This document shows, one piece after another, positions 11,797 through 23,678 of a stretch of DNA of 64,000 nt. The position numbers were made by a program, and so were the translations under genes. A model generated the notes under the pieces. The model ran no database searches. It saw only the letters and a program-made list of their open reading frames with translations, and was not told the DNA's origin. Position 1 is the stretch's first letter, and every line of letters starts with the position of its first letter. Source of the DNA: an uncultured Rivularia sp. (GTDB lineage Bacteria; Cyanobacteriota; Cyanobacteriia; Cyanobacteriales; Nostocaceae); the NCBI GenBank assembly GCA_963665115.1, contig OY762007.1, forward strand, positions 5,856,001 through 5,920,000, in the 5' to 3' direction.

Positions 11797-13417
11797 ATGT
11801 CAACCGAACTTGAGAAAGAAATTTACGAAGAAGTTGAACGTCGTCGCAATTTTGCCATCATTTCTCACCCGGATGCTGGTAAAACTACTTTGACTGAAAA
11901 ACTACTTTTGTACGGAGGTGCCATTCACGAAGCTGGTTCTGTAAAAGCTAGACGGGCACAGCGTAAAGCTACATCTGACTGGATGGCAATGGAACAGCAA
12001 AGAGGTATTTCTATTACCTCAACGGTGTTGCAGTTCGAGTACAAAAATTGTCAAATAAATTTATTAGATACTCCCGGACACCAAGACTTTAGTGAAGATA
12101 CATATCGTACTCTCAGTGCTGCCGATAATGCAGTCATGTTGATTGACGTGGCGAAAGGTTTGGAACCCCAGACGCGAAAATTATTTGAAGTTTGTAAAAT
12201 GCGGGGTATTCCAATTTTTACTTTCATAAATAAACTCGATCGTCCTGGAAGAGAACCGCTAGAGCTTTTAGACGAAATTGAGCAAGAGTTAAATTTACAA
12301 ACTTATGCGGTAAACTGGCCTATCGGCATGGGCGATCGCTTTAAAGGTGTATTCGATCGTCAGGAGCAAAAAATCCATTTGTTTGAAAGAAGCGCCCACG
12401 GTAGTAAGGAAGCAGCAAACACGATAGTTGATTTAGGCGATGCCAAAATTGAAGAACTTCTCGAACAAGAGCTTTATCATCAACTCAAAGACGATTTGGA
12501 ATTGTTGGATGGAGTCGGCCCCCGAATTAGACATGGATTTGATCCACCAAGGCAAAATGACTCCGGTGTTTTTTGGATCGGCAATGACTAATTTCGGCGT
12601 AGAATTATTCCTCAAGAATTTTCTCAAATGCGCTCTCAAACCGGGTTCTCACAGCAGCAGCCTGGGTGAAGTTCCCCCCACTTACCCCGATTTTTCCGGT
12701 TTTGTGTTTAAGCTGCAAGCAAATATGGACCCCAAACATCGCGATCGCGTTGCTTTTATCCGCGTATGTACGGGTAGATTTGAAAAAGATATGACAGTGA
12801 ATCACGCTCGTACTGGTAAAAACGTGCGTTTATCTCGTCCGCAAAAACTTTTTGCTCAAGAGCGCGAATCTATTGATGAAGCTTATCCGGGGGATGTTAT
12901 AGGTTTAAATAATCCCGGTGTTTTTGCAATTGGCGATACAATTTACACTGGTAAAAAATTAGAATATGAGGGTATTCCCTATTTTTCACCGGAGTTATTT
13001 GCCATTTTAAGAAATCCCAATCCTTCAAAATTTAAGCAATTTCAAAAAGGTGTAACCGAATTGCGCGAAGAAGGAGCGGTGCAAATTATGTATTCGGTGG
13101 ATGAATCGAAACGCGATCCAGTTTTGGCAGCAGTGGGGCAGTTACAGCTTGAAGTTGTACAGTATCGTTTGGAAAACGAGTATGGTGTAGAAACTCGTTT
13201 GGAATATTTACCTTATAGCGTAGCCCGTTGGGTAGAAGGTGGTTGGGAAGCTTTGGAAAAGGTGGGACGTTTGTTCAACACTACCACTATGAAGGATAGT
13301 ATGGGACGACCTGTATTATTATTCCGTAATGAATGGAACACCAATCAATTAAAGCAAGATCATCCTGAGTTAAAGTTAAATGCCATAGCTCCCGTATCCG
13401 GAACTACGAAGACGTAA
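11797..13417 (+). CDS. prfC: Peptide chain release factor 3; +1 frameshift at the C run 12519-12523, probably an artefact
   Basis: [21 protein letters not shown] and NKLD, then PVFFGSA and [14 protein letters not shown]. Confidence 0.96.
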
Positions 13418-13541
13418 ACGGTATTTATTATCCAAAAAACCTTCTTATACGGGCTTTATAGCCCGTTTGCCAATAATGGGCGATATTTGCACGACACAAT
13501 TATAATAACTATTCTTAAATACGTTTGGTGAAAGAATATCT

Positions 13542-15824
13542 ATGTCTTCACACTCCAAATCATCTTTGAAAGACGGTTTAGCTGCGCTCAAAAAAGAAGA
13601 TTACCGCGTGGCAAAAATCATCTTAGAAGATGTTGCAGCTAGGGATGATGATACCAATAAAAGCTTACAAGCCCAGGTTGGCTTAGTAGTCGCTTACTCC
13701 CGTAGCGGCGAAATTGAAATGGCGATCGCGGTGTGTGAATCTCTCGTTCAAAGCAATAATTCTCAAGTTCAACAGTGGGCAGAAAACTCTTTGAAGCAAC
13801 TGAGAAAAAAGTATCCGGAAAAAAATACGAAGCTACACTCAACAGGATTTGTTGCTTTTGAATCGTCAGAAGATGAAATAGAAGAACTATCTGAATTCCC
13901 AAGCATTACTACTCCTACTCCTACGCCACCTCCACCTCCACCTCCACCTCCACCATTATTTTCAAACTTAGAAGCGATAAATACTTCGACTTGGAAAAAA
14001 CCCGGCGAGCAAACGAAAAAAAGACCTCGTGGTGGTGAAATAGTACCCGCTTCCCAAGCAAATTCTACAAGTCCAAATGTTAACTCTAATATTCATTGGC
14101 GGTTGGGAGGAAGGGCGAAGGTATGGCAACCGCTGCCAAAAGCAAATTCTATCAAGTCTATTCGCTTGCCATTGCTGGGAATTGCAACTGGAGTTGCTTT
14201 ATTTTGGGTAGTACGGGCACTCGTACAGCTAGTAATGCAATTAATTAACGATATTTTAGTTGCGCTTCCATTTTTAGAACCAATACAATTTTTATACAAT
14301 GACCCGATTTACTTATTGCTGGGTCTATTTATCGTCGTACTAGCTGTTTCACCGTGGTTACTTGATTGGCTGCTACGTACATTTTACGGTAAAAAAGAAT
14401 TAGAACGAGAAACTTTAAAGACATATTCTCCTGAATCATTACGGGTACTACAACGTTACTGTCAACCGCGAGGCTGGAGCTTACCGAAATTAGGGGTTTT
14501 ACCGATCGCAGCACCAGTAGCATTTACTGTAGGTCATTTGCCCCGTACCGCTCGTATAATAGTTAGTCAGGGACTTTTAGAAAAACTTGCTCCCGATGAA
14601 ATCGCGGCAATAATAGCTTCTGAATTAAGTCAAATCGGCCGCGTAGATTGTGCGGTTATGTCTCTAATGTTGTCGGTGACAATGCCGATTTATAAACTAT
14701 ATCAACTGATTTCCCAACAAGGTGATAATATATCCAACCGAATTGGAGGTACAGTTGTAGGAATAATCGCTAATGGCATTTATGGAATTTGGTATTTGCT
14801 TACCGGAACGGGTTTGTGGTTATCTCGAAGAAGAGTTTTATTGAGCGATAGAATTGGCGCGGAAGTAACTGGAAACCCCAACGCATTGATTCGCGGTTTA
14901 CTCAAAATTGCGATTGGTAACGCCTCGGATATAGCTAATAAAAAACAAACACCTTGGCAATTAGAGAGTTTAAATTTATTAATCCCAGTTGGTCACGAAC
15001 AAAGTTTATGGTTAGGTAGTATCGCTGCAAATACCACCTTTGAATCGTTGCTGATGTGGGATTATCTTAATCCCTATCATCAATGGTTTGTAATAAACAA
15101 CAGCCATCCCTTAATGGGGATACGCTTGCAAAAATTATGTAAACTTGCTCGCTACTGGCACGTTGAGCCTGAAGTATACCTCGAAAGTCAGCAGTCTTTG
15201 AAGGTAAAACGCGAGTCATTCTTATTGCAAATTGCTCCTTACTTGGGCGTTTTAGCTGGCGCTGGATTAGCATTACTTGTGTGGTTGGCTTGGCACGGAT
15301 TATTTGCGCTAAATTTAATTAACCTCAAATGGATATACGACGATTGGGATTATGTTAAAGGTTTTATGCTGATCGGTTTTAGTATCGGTATTTTAATCAG
15401 AATGAATTCTTTATTTGCAAATATTGAAACTAAAAATATCCAAAAGTCCGAGTCAATAGCCGAGTTAACCACAAATCCCACAGCCTTACCTATAGATAGT
15501 ACCCCCGTTGAACTTTCGGGAAAATTATTAGGTCGTCGTGGTAGCACCAACTATTTAGGACAAGACTTAATTCTTCAAGTCGGAAATATTTTAGTGAAAT
15601 TGCATCATGTCTCCTGGTTGGGACAATCTGTTAACCCTCAAGACTTCATCGGCAAAAATGTTTCTGTCACTGGCTGGTTGCGACGAGGTGCAACACCTTG
15701 GCTGGATATTCAAACTTTAAAAACGGCTAGTGGCATTCGAGTCAACAGCCCTCATCCTATTTGGTCTACCATTTTGACAGTCGCAACCTTTGCTTGGGGA
15801 ACCTACATTGTTTTAACAGGATAA
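13542..15824 (+). CDS. Membrane M48/HtpX-like protein with a TPR-like N-terminus and a degenerate zinc motif
   Basis: IVSQGLL..L..DEIAAII, SRRR...SD..GA..TGNP.AL and SHP..G.R are M48 features; HExxH reads SELSQ. Confidence 0.75.
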   Translation: MSSHSKSSLKDGLAALKKEDYRVAKIILEDVAARDDDTNKSLQAQVGLVVAYSRSGEIEMAIAVCESLVQSNNSQVQQWAENSLKQLRKKYPEKNTKLHSTGFVAFESSEDEIEELSEFPSITTPTPTPPPPPPPPPPLFSNLEAINTSTWKKPGEQTKKRPRGGEIVPASQANSTSPNVNSNIHWRLGGRAKVWQPLPKANSIKSIRLPLLGIATGVALFWVVRALVQLVMQLINDILVALPFLEPIQFLYNDPIYLLLGLFIVVLAVSPWLLDWLLRTFYGKKELERETLKTYSPESLRVLQRYCQPRGWSLPKLGVLPIAAPVAFTVGHLPRTARIIVSQGLLEKLAPDEIAAIIASELSQIGRVDCAVMSLMLSVTMPIYKLYQLISQQGDNISNRIGGTVVGIIANGIYGIWYLLTGTGLWLSRRRVLLSDRIGAEVTGNPNALIRGLLKIAIGNASDIANKKQTPWQLESLNLLIPVGHEQSLWLGSIAANTTFESLLMWDYLNPYHQWFVINNSHPLMGIRLQKLCKLARYWHVEPEVYLESQQSLKVKRESFLLQIAPYLGVLAGAGLALLVWLAWHGLFALNLINLKWIYDDWDYVKGFMLIGFSIGILIRMNSLFANIETKNIQKSESIAELTTNPTALPIDSTPVELSGKLLGRRGSTNYLGQDLILQVGNILVKLHHVSWLGQSVNPQDFIGKNVSVTGWLRRGATPWLDIQTLKTASGIRVNSPHPIWSTILTVATFAWGTYIVLTG

Positions 15825-16439
15825 TCAAACAGGAGCAGTTCATGGATTAAAAATACTTTTGTAAATAAAATTTGCCAAATCTCAAACAAAATGTTACATT
15901 TATTAACACTAACTACTGCTAGCTCAAACCAGAAAGCTATAGGCTTAATTAATGTATGAGGCTGTTTGCGCTACTGTATCCCCCTTTCGTCCTTTCAACA
16001 CAGCAGGAAATGAACTCGCATCTGACTGGTTTTTGTTTCTTGAAAGGGTATGCTTTACGAAAAAAATGTATTTTATGCTACTATGCATTAATGACTGGGC
16101 TAGAAATGTCTGTGCTGAACTAGTTGTGCTAAGAATTGCGTGATATTGTAGGAAATGGTGTTTAAATCTTCATAATAAAAGAGCATTGAATCAGTTTTGT
16201 TTTGCAAGAAGTATAATGCAGAATTTATAAATTTTGGGATTAACCTGTTTGCACGTTCAAATGTGTAATTTTGCATAAAAAAATCAACTTGGCGAAAAAC
16301 TGTATTGTAAAGATTGACAGTTTGGAGTAAAAAGATGGTTCGCGGCAATGTTAGTTAATAACAGATGTCCGTCATCTATAAACCCAAGTTTTTGTTTTAA
16401 ACCCGCTCCTAAACATCTAACCATATTGGAGGTTCTTTC

Positions 16440-16937
16440 ATGTCCATTCGCCTATACATAGGCAATTTGCCAAAAGAAGAAATAGATAAATCCGAATTGC
16501 AAGCAGTTTTTGCTGAAGAAGGTAGCAGTATCACGACTAAATTAATCAAAGATCGTAAGACAGGAAAATGTCGCGGCTTTGGTTTTATGACTGTGAACAA
16601 CGATGAACAAGCAGACCAAATTATTGAAAAATATAATGGTTTGATGTTCAAGGAATCTCCTATTAAGTTGGAGAAAGCATTACCTCGCACTAAGAGTAGT
16701 GAGGAAGGAGAAGAAATTCAGCAGCCTTCTAAAGCATCAACACCAGTACCCGCTGCTGTTAGTGGTTCTGCTACTACCGGAATTAGTAAGAGTAAGAAAA
16801 AATCTCGTCGCGGTAGCAATTCTAAAGATAGCAGCAGTTCAAGCAGTTCTTCGTCAGATGGGGTTTCTCCAGATCCTCGTTGGGCTACAGAGCTAGAGAA
16901 GTTGAAGGAAATGCTTGCCGCTCAGACTACTAATTAG
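16440..16937 (+). CDS. RRM RNA-binding protein, long-tail cyanobacterial class
   Basis: RNP2 LYIGNL, RNP1 RGFGFM and C-terminal PDPRWA.ELEKLK. Confidence 0.9.
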   Translation: MSIRLYIGNLPKEEIDKSELQAVFAEEGSSITTKLIKDRKTGKCRGFGFMTVNNDEQADQIIEKYNGLMFKESPIKLEKALPRTKSSEEGEEIQQPSKASTPVPAAVSGSATTGISKSKKKSRRGSNSKDSSSSSSSSSDGVSPDPRWATELEKLKEMLAAQTTN

Positions 16938-18329
16938 TTCATGAATTAGGAAGAATGGATTAGCCCACCGAGTTCGCAATTTGGGGTACAATTTCCCTTC
17001 TTATTTCTTAGGTTGGGCTTATCAAGCTTCCTTTTTATTTATAGTAGTTGCTTAGTAGTTGCTTATAAATTAGCTATTTTGATGCGCTATGCTATCTGAA
17101 GCGTCATCTCTATAAGTAGTTAAGCCCGGATTATTTATATAATTACTACTGTGTTATGTAACCGTTCCCTGTCCCCCCCCCCAACCCATTCCCTATCCAA
17201 ACAAAATATTCAATTAATGAAGGCAAAGGTACTTATAAACCATAAAAGACATTAATCCTTAATCTCAGCTATTGAAAGAGATTTTTCTAAACAAAGGATT
17301 TTCCATAGCCGCTCGATTGAAATGGTGTACAATAATTTTCCTCAATCTCTCTTCAAGGAAATATAATTTTCATCTCTACATCACCACCTATTTCTTTTCT
17401 ACGTCTACATATAGTAAGCATTTTAGTGATTTTCACTAAAACAATTTTTGTTCTTCAGTAGTTGGTATAGTGAAATCTGATAATAAAGCTCTGTAACACT
17501 TACTACACTTGAATTACGAACCTCTATAAATAAAATTATTTATTAATATCTAATATCATCTTTTACTTTGTTACCCGTTCCTTATTTCCTTATTGAAACT
17601 GATTACTCAGCATAAGACGTACTGAAGAACCACAATTTTTGTTTTAAAAGAGCTATTGGCGCACAATATTGGTTGCACAGTAGTTGAACTGACGTTTGTC
17701 ACTGTATTTCTTAGATAAAACGTTAACTATAAAGAAATCGTATAGGATACATATTTTTCAGTTCCGCTACAAGGGTATAAAACTTTACGTTTAGATATGC
17801 TATAAACCTTTCTGTAAACTTGTGAAAAAAGTAGCCAAAAGCACAATTTATTTTGCAGAGACGTACTATGTATAGTTAGTTACATATTTTTAGATAGCTA
17901 TTATTTTTTAGTATCTTTGAAAAAGTAATGAACATTGATTTACTGTTTTCAATGAAATTTAATTTAAGTATAAATACTAAATCTGTAAGTATGTTTAGTG
18001 CCATCTATGGTATTTTTATGTTCAAAGTATAGAAATTAAATAGTCATAAATAATACTTACAAGCATAGATATATTGCAATAAATATGACTTTAAGTAAGT
18101 GATATCCAAGGTATTGGGAAATACTAGTATATAGTTTATCGCATTGCATTAAGCCATATTATTACTGAAGTTACAGGAGTAAAAGTAATTGCAAATAAGC
18201 AAAAATAGTTCACATCTTAAATTAAAATAAAGATTACATGAACATTTACAACGAATTTGGTTTTAGAGGCTGACGTACTTTGAAGAGTAGTTGTCCTTAC
18301 AAGTCAAACACATAATTAACCAATAAACT

Positions 18330-19601
18330 ATGAACCTTGCAACAGAACAACGCATCGCCTTGATTTCAGTCCACGGCGACCCCAGCGATTGAAATAGGTA
18401 AGGAAGAAGCTGGAGGGCAAAACGTTTACGTTCGTCATGTAGGGGAAGCATTAGCTGAACTTGGATGGCAAGTTGATATGTTTACCCGTAAAGTAAATGT
18501 CGAGCAAGAAGATATTGTTTGGCATTCTCCAAATTGTCGAACAATTCGCTTGAAAGCAGGTAATGTTGATTTTGTACCGCGCGATCATATTTTTGAACAT
18601 TTACCAGAATTTGTCGATAATTTTCTCAAATTCCAACAAGATAACGAAACTATATATTCTTTAATTCATACTAATTATTGGCTTTCTAGCTGGGTTGGTA
18701 TGCAGCTAAGACAAAAGCAAGGAAGCCAAGTAGTACATACATACCATTCACTTGGAGCAGTTAAATACAATACTGTAAAAACTGTTCCTTTAGTTGCTAG
18801 TACCCGTTTGGGAACAGAAAAACAGATATTAGAAACGGCGCAAAGAATTGTTGCAACTTCGCCGCAAGAAGAAGAACATATGCGTACCCTTGTTTCGACA
18901 AAAGGAAACATAGATGTAATTCCTTGCGGTACAGATATCGAACGCTTTGGTTGCGTTGACAGAAAAACATCCAGAATGGAACTGGGAATCAATCCCGAGA
19001 CTAAGCTTGTATTGTATGTAGGACGTTTCGACCACCGCAAAGGTATTGAAACCTTAGTACGTGCAGTGGGACAATCTAAATTATTTGGTAGGGAAGACTT
19101 CAAGTTAATGATTTGTGGAGGAAGTCGAGCAGGGGACACAGTGATGGTGATGAGTGCGAACGAATAAAGAAAATTGTTGCAGAATTGGGAATGAATCAGA
19201 TGACGGAATTTCCGGGTCGCGTCAGTCAAGAACATTTACCATTTTACTATGGTGCTGCTGACGTTTGCGTTGTTCCGAGTCATTACGAACCTTTTGGGCT
19301 GGTAGCTATCGAAGCAATGGCAAGCTTTACGCCAGTAGTTGCAAGTGATGTTGGCGGACTTCAGTTTACTGTTGTCAATGAAGAAACTGGTTTGTTGGCA
19401 CCACCGCAAGATGTTCGGGCTTTTGCGAATGCTATTGATAGAATTCTACTGGATGCTCAATGGGGTGAAAAATTAGGTAAAGCTGCGAGAAAGCGTGTTG
19501 AAAATAAATTTAGTTGGGATGGGGTTGCAATGCAATTGGGCGAACTCTATAAAAATTTATTGCAGCAATCTGTAGAGCAGCCTATGGTAGTCAACAGTTA
19601 A
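18330..19601 (+). CDS. sps: GT4 glycosyltransferase, probably sucrose-phosphate synthase; frameshifts at 18380-18383 and 19132-19135, probably artefacts
   Basis: ATG at 18330 gives RIALISVHGDP then AIEIGKEEAGGQNVYV; also HTNYWLS, HTYHSLG, VGRFDHRKG and PSHYEPFGLVAIEAMA. Confidence 0.8.
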
Positions 19602-20271
19602 CAGTAGTAACACATAAATAATGGGGAATCGGTAATTGCGAGCAGGGAATTTACGGTAATTAACTTAAATTTCTATTGAAGAAGAAGAGGGTCGATTCCT
19701 ATTGTACGCTCGTTACTGCCGATTGCCCATTATCAGTTATTTTTTGATAGCGAATACCTGTAAGGGTACAAGTTATTTCAGGGAGTAGGGAGTAGGTAAA
19801 GAACAAAACTTAAAACTCCCTGGCTCTGATAGAGAATAATTCAAGATATGAAAACAATATAATTTGCAAATTTTATATAAACATTCAATTTTAATACACG
19901 TATTTATACTCCCAACTAAACTTAATTAGTAAGAGTTTTTTGAGATACAAGTAATTGTGATCAACTATATCTAAGTGTTTTTCAGTAAAAATAGAAAATA
20001 CTTAATCCGAACAAAAAGTTTCAATAAAAGACAGATTTTTTTATCGACATTCTTGCTTAATAAGGTTTTAATTAGATACATAAGCAACCGAAACCTTCAA
20101 CAGTTACTTTCAAATTAATGTTGTTTGCTTGTACCGAAGGAAGATATATAAATCTAGAAGTTTAAGTAAATAATCAAGATGAATTCGAGTAATTGATAAG
20201 ATTTCGCATGGGTGCATTTTATCCAATTTCTGCTGTATCAAGCTTTCTTGCTACTACAATCAATTGGCTGA

Positions 20272-21015
20272 ATAAATTTAAACTTAACAAAGAAAATCAG
20301 TGCACGTACTTCACTATTTGCTTTATCCTTCACTGCTCTTGGGTTCTTAACTGCACCAAATTCAGCCCAAGCTATGACTTTAGTTAATAATACTAATTTT
20401 AATGATGCAGACTTCAACTCTTTAATCGATAACGGACAATTTTCGGAGTTGTTTGTTGGTGAAGGAAGAATTGGGGATAGAGGAGGTAATGCACAGAAAG
20501 AATTAAAAATTAATGGTGATGTAGCTGAAGGTGCTAAAGTTTCAGAAGAAACACAGTTTAACTGGGGAAATGGCGAAAAATATGACTTCAGCTTAGAATA
20601 CGACGGAAGTACGGTAAACTATATGCTCGGCGGTAAAACCCTTACTAGCACCGATTTCAACGGCCCAATAAATAGTATTTTCTTCCGTACCAGTGCCTGG
20701 GAAAATACCACAACTTCTTTGACCGATCTTATGTTTAACGGTACAGCAATTGGGGATTTAACTTCCAGTGAAAGTGGTAGTCGCGATATTGATTATCTCC
20801 AACTTAAGGATGTATCTTCCCCTTTCAAGATTACAGGTAAAGCATCAATGACTTGGCAAGGGACAGCTCCTAGAGGTTCTCGCAATGCTTTTCAAATCAA
20901 AGTAGGTAATTCACCAACCAGCGTACCCGAACCCGGCACAATCGGCGCAATATTTATAACTGGGATGACTGGTTTAGGCTTGAGCAAAAAGAAGAAAAAA
21001 GATCAAGAGATTTAA
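20272..21015 (+). CDS. PEP-CTERM sorting-domain protein
   Basis: C-terminal VPEP, transmembrane segment and KKKKK; an in-frame signal peptide begins at ATA 20272, and the first ATG is at 20374. Confidence 0.85.
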   Translation: MNLNLTKKISARTSLFALSFTALGFLTAPNSAQAMTLVNNTNFNDADFNSLIDNGQFSELFVGEGRIGDRGGNAQKELKINGDVAEGAKVSEETQFNWGNGEKYDFSLEYDGSTVNYMLGGKTLTSTDFNGPINSIFFRTSAWENTTTSLTDLMFNGTAIGDLTSSESGSRDIDYLQLKDVSSPFKITGKASMTWQGTAPRGSRNAFQIKVGNSPTSVPEPGTIGAIFITGMTGLGLSKKKKKDQEI

Positions 21016-21053
21016 TGAAAAACAAGTGCATCAACTGTATTACGATCTAATTT

Positions 21054-21096
21054 ATATTAAATATTAAATATTAAATATTAAATATTAAACATTAAA
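21054..21096. repeat. (ATATTAA)n heptamer array
   Basis: About six tandem units. Confidence 0.8.
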
Positions 21097-21167
21097 TAGA
21101 GTTGCATCGCCTTGTTTAATTAAAAAAAATTTTCTCGTCTTCCCCCTAAAGATAGTTAATTTTACAA

Positions 21168-21206
21168 ATGCACGTCTTGGATATATCTATATCTAAAGAC
21201 GTGCAT
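21168..21206. terminator. Hairpin, possible terminator of the PEP-CTERM gene
   Basis: ATGCACGTCTT ... AAGACGTGCAT perfect 11-bp inverted repeat. Confidence 0.45.
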
Positions 21207-21264
21207 CTATTGTTTCAATCGAGCTATACTGACGAACATTAACGCCCTTAAAAGAAAAATCGCT

Positions 21265-22986
21265 GTGCAAACATTTGACTATACTACTTTAAGTGCAGTT
21301 TGCAGCGATATCCGTGCTAACTGGCTACCATCACGCCTCGAACAAGTTTATCAGCGCGATCGCTACACTATTGCAATTGCACTTCGTACTCTTAAAAGTC
21401 GGGGTTGGCTTGAAGTTTCCTGGCATCCCCAAGCTGCTCGCATTCATATCGGTTCTCCACCACCGCGATCGCCAGATACATTTACTTTTTCTCAACAATT
21501 GGTTCACCAGTTAGGTGGTTTAGCTCTGGTGACAATTGAGACAATTGCTCCTTGGGAACGTGCGGTAGACTTACAATTCGCTCGTCGTCCGGGAGAGCCA
21601 GCTTTATATCACCTGTATGTAGAAATCATGGGCAAGTACAGCAACGTGATTCTTACGGATGCTAACAATATAATTATTACCGCCGGTCGTCAAATTAGTG
21701 AAAAAAAATCAAGCATTCGCCCTATCTTAACTGGAGAAGTTTACCAACAACCACCAAAGCTGACTACGGCTATTCCCAGTTTGGATGAATCACAACAAGA
21801 TTGGTACGAAAGGGTAAGCTTGATACCCGGAGCAATCAAGAGTCAGTTGCCTAAAAACTATCGTGGTGTTTCTCCTACTTTAGTACAATCAATGCTTGTA
21901 GCGGCAAATCTTAGTACAGAAAGTACAACCGATAAACTGACATCGAAACAATGGCAAGGATTATTTAAGCAATGGCATATTTGGCTTAAGGCTTTGCAAG
22001 AAGAGAACTTTCAACCGGCTTGGACTGAAAGTGGTTATACCGTACTTGGCTGGGGTGCAGTTGAAAAAGTAAAAGATATTCAAGAGTTACTCAACCGCTA
22101 CTATACCGATAAATTTAATCAACAGATATTTGCTCAGCTAAAACATCAACTTAGTCAGAAACTGAGTAATATCTTAGGAAAATTGCGTACCAAAGCTCAA
22201 AATTTTGAAAAACGCTTGCAACAGTCGGAACAATCCGATGAATATCGTACCCAAGCCGATTTATTAATGGCTTATCTGCAAGAATGGGAACCGGGGATGG
22301 AAGAAATTACTTTGGCTGATTTCGAGACGAACGAACCAGTAAAAATTAAATTGCAACCTGATAAAAACGCAGTACAAAACGCACAAAAACTTTATAAGCA
22401 GCATCAAAAACTCAAACGTGCCCGTACAGCAGTAGAACCTTTACTGGCAGAAGTAAATGCTGAAATCGAATATTTAGAACAAGTTGAAGCAGCGATTTCT
22501 CAAATTGACAGCTACCTTGAGGCTGAAGATTTACAGGCTTTAGAAGAAATCCGCGAAGAATTGATTGCACAAAAATATTTGGAAGACTCGGAATACCGCA
22601 GACGTGGTTCTAACGATGCGACTACAAACTTTCATCGTCACCAAACACCAAGCGGTTTTGAAGTATTAATCGGACGTAACAACCGTCAAAATGACCAGCT
22701 AACTTTTCGGGTTGCTGGAGATTATGACTTATGGTTTCACGCTCAAGAAATTCCCGGAAGTCACTTATTATTAAGGTTAGAACCCGGTGCAGTACCCGAA
22801 GAAAATGATTTACAGTTTACGGCAAATCTTGCAGCATATTACAGTCGCGCTCGTCAAAGCGAACAAGTACCAGTTATTTACACTCCTACCAAGCACGTTT
22901 ATAAACCAAAAGGAGCAAAACCAGGAATTGCTATTTACAAGCAGGAAACTATACTCTGGGGAAAACCGCAATCTGTTAAGAGTTAG
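21265..22986 (+). CDS. rqcH: NFACT/RqcH (FbpA-like) ribosome quality-control protein
   Basis: LYVEIMGKYSNVIL, NAQKLYK, IGRNNRQND.L, WFHAQEIPGSH and KPKGAKPG motifs. Confidence 0.9.
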   Translation: MQTFDYTTLSAVCSDIRANWLPSRLEQVYQRDRYTIAIALRTLKSRGWLEVSWHPQAARIHIGSPPPRSPDTFTFSQQLVHQLGGLALVTIETIAPWERAVDLQFARRPGEPALYHLYVEIMGKYSNVILTDANNIIITAGRQISEKKSSIRPILTGEVYQQPPKLTTAIPSLDESQQDWYERVSLIPGAIKSQLPKNYRGVSPTLVQSMLVAANLSTESTTDKLTSKQWQGLFKQWHIWLKALQEENFQPAWTESGYTVLGWGAVEKVKDIQELLNRYYTDKFNQQIFAQLKHQLSQKLSNILGKLRTKAQNFEKRLQQSEQSDEYRTQADLLMAYLQEWEPGMEEITLADFETNEPVKIKLQPDKNAVQNAQKLYKQHQKLKRARTAVEPLLAEVNAEIEYLEQVEAAISQIDSYLEAEDLQALEEIREELIAQKYLEDSEYRRRGSNDATTNFHRHQTPSGFEVLIGRNNRQNDQLTFRVAGDYDLWFHAQEIPGSHLLLRLEPGAVPEENDLQFTANLAAYYSRARQSEQVPVIYTPTKHVYKPKGAKPGIAIYKQETILWGKPQSVKS

Positions 22987-23678
22987 GAGTTAGGAATTTT
23001 CTGTATATCTCCTTTTGTTTCTTTTTCTCCTTGTCTCATCATCCCCCATCTCCTTATCCTTTTGTCCTCGGATGCCGATCAATTACTATGCATATTGAAT
23101 TATGGTTAAAGATTTTGGCTCAATATTTATGTAAATATCTTTTTTTGATAAATTTTCAGGAAAATTTTGTACTGCCTGTTACAATATTGTAAAGAAAGAT
23201 TACCCGAGGCGTTTTGGGAACGCGAAATTTTGGGTCTAACTTTATTGAGAAGACAACACGAATAAAAATATTACAGACCAGCTTTGGGAAGCTGGTCTTT
23301 TTGTTGTAATTATTTATTACAATCTTGCTCTAGGGATAAACAATTTTTAGAAAGACATAGTAATTGCAATTCATTTCTATGTTCTTTTAACCAATTACCA
23401 TTAATTTACATAGGTGCAAACAAAGTTGACCCACAAATTTACTTTAACATTAGTGAATATACTTAATTTATATTTTGATTATATCATAAAAAAAATATCG
23501 TGTATAAAATACTCTAGTGCCATATTTGGCAAAGCTTTTGATTGAATATAATTCAGTGGAGAAGTCTAATTTAACCATTTAAAATCAAACGCAAAAAAAC
23601 CGGGTTTTTAACGAACAACTAATATTTTTAAATTGCTCGAATTAAATATTCCCGATTTTTTTTACTGGATACGAGGAT

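Noticed and set aside
15952..16348. Short ORFs upstream of the RNA-binding protein gene
   Set aside because: No recognisable motifs; AT-rich promoter-like region
16938..18329. 1.4-kb intergenic region as an RNA gene
   Set aside because: No recognisable structured RNA; AT-rich; cannot be supported from sequence alone
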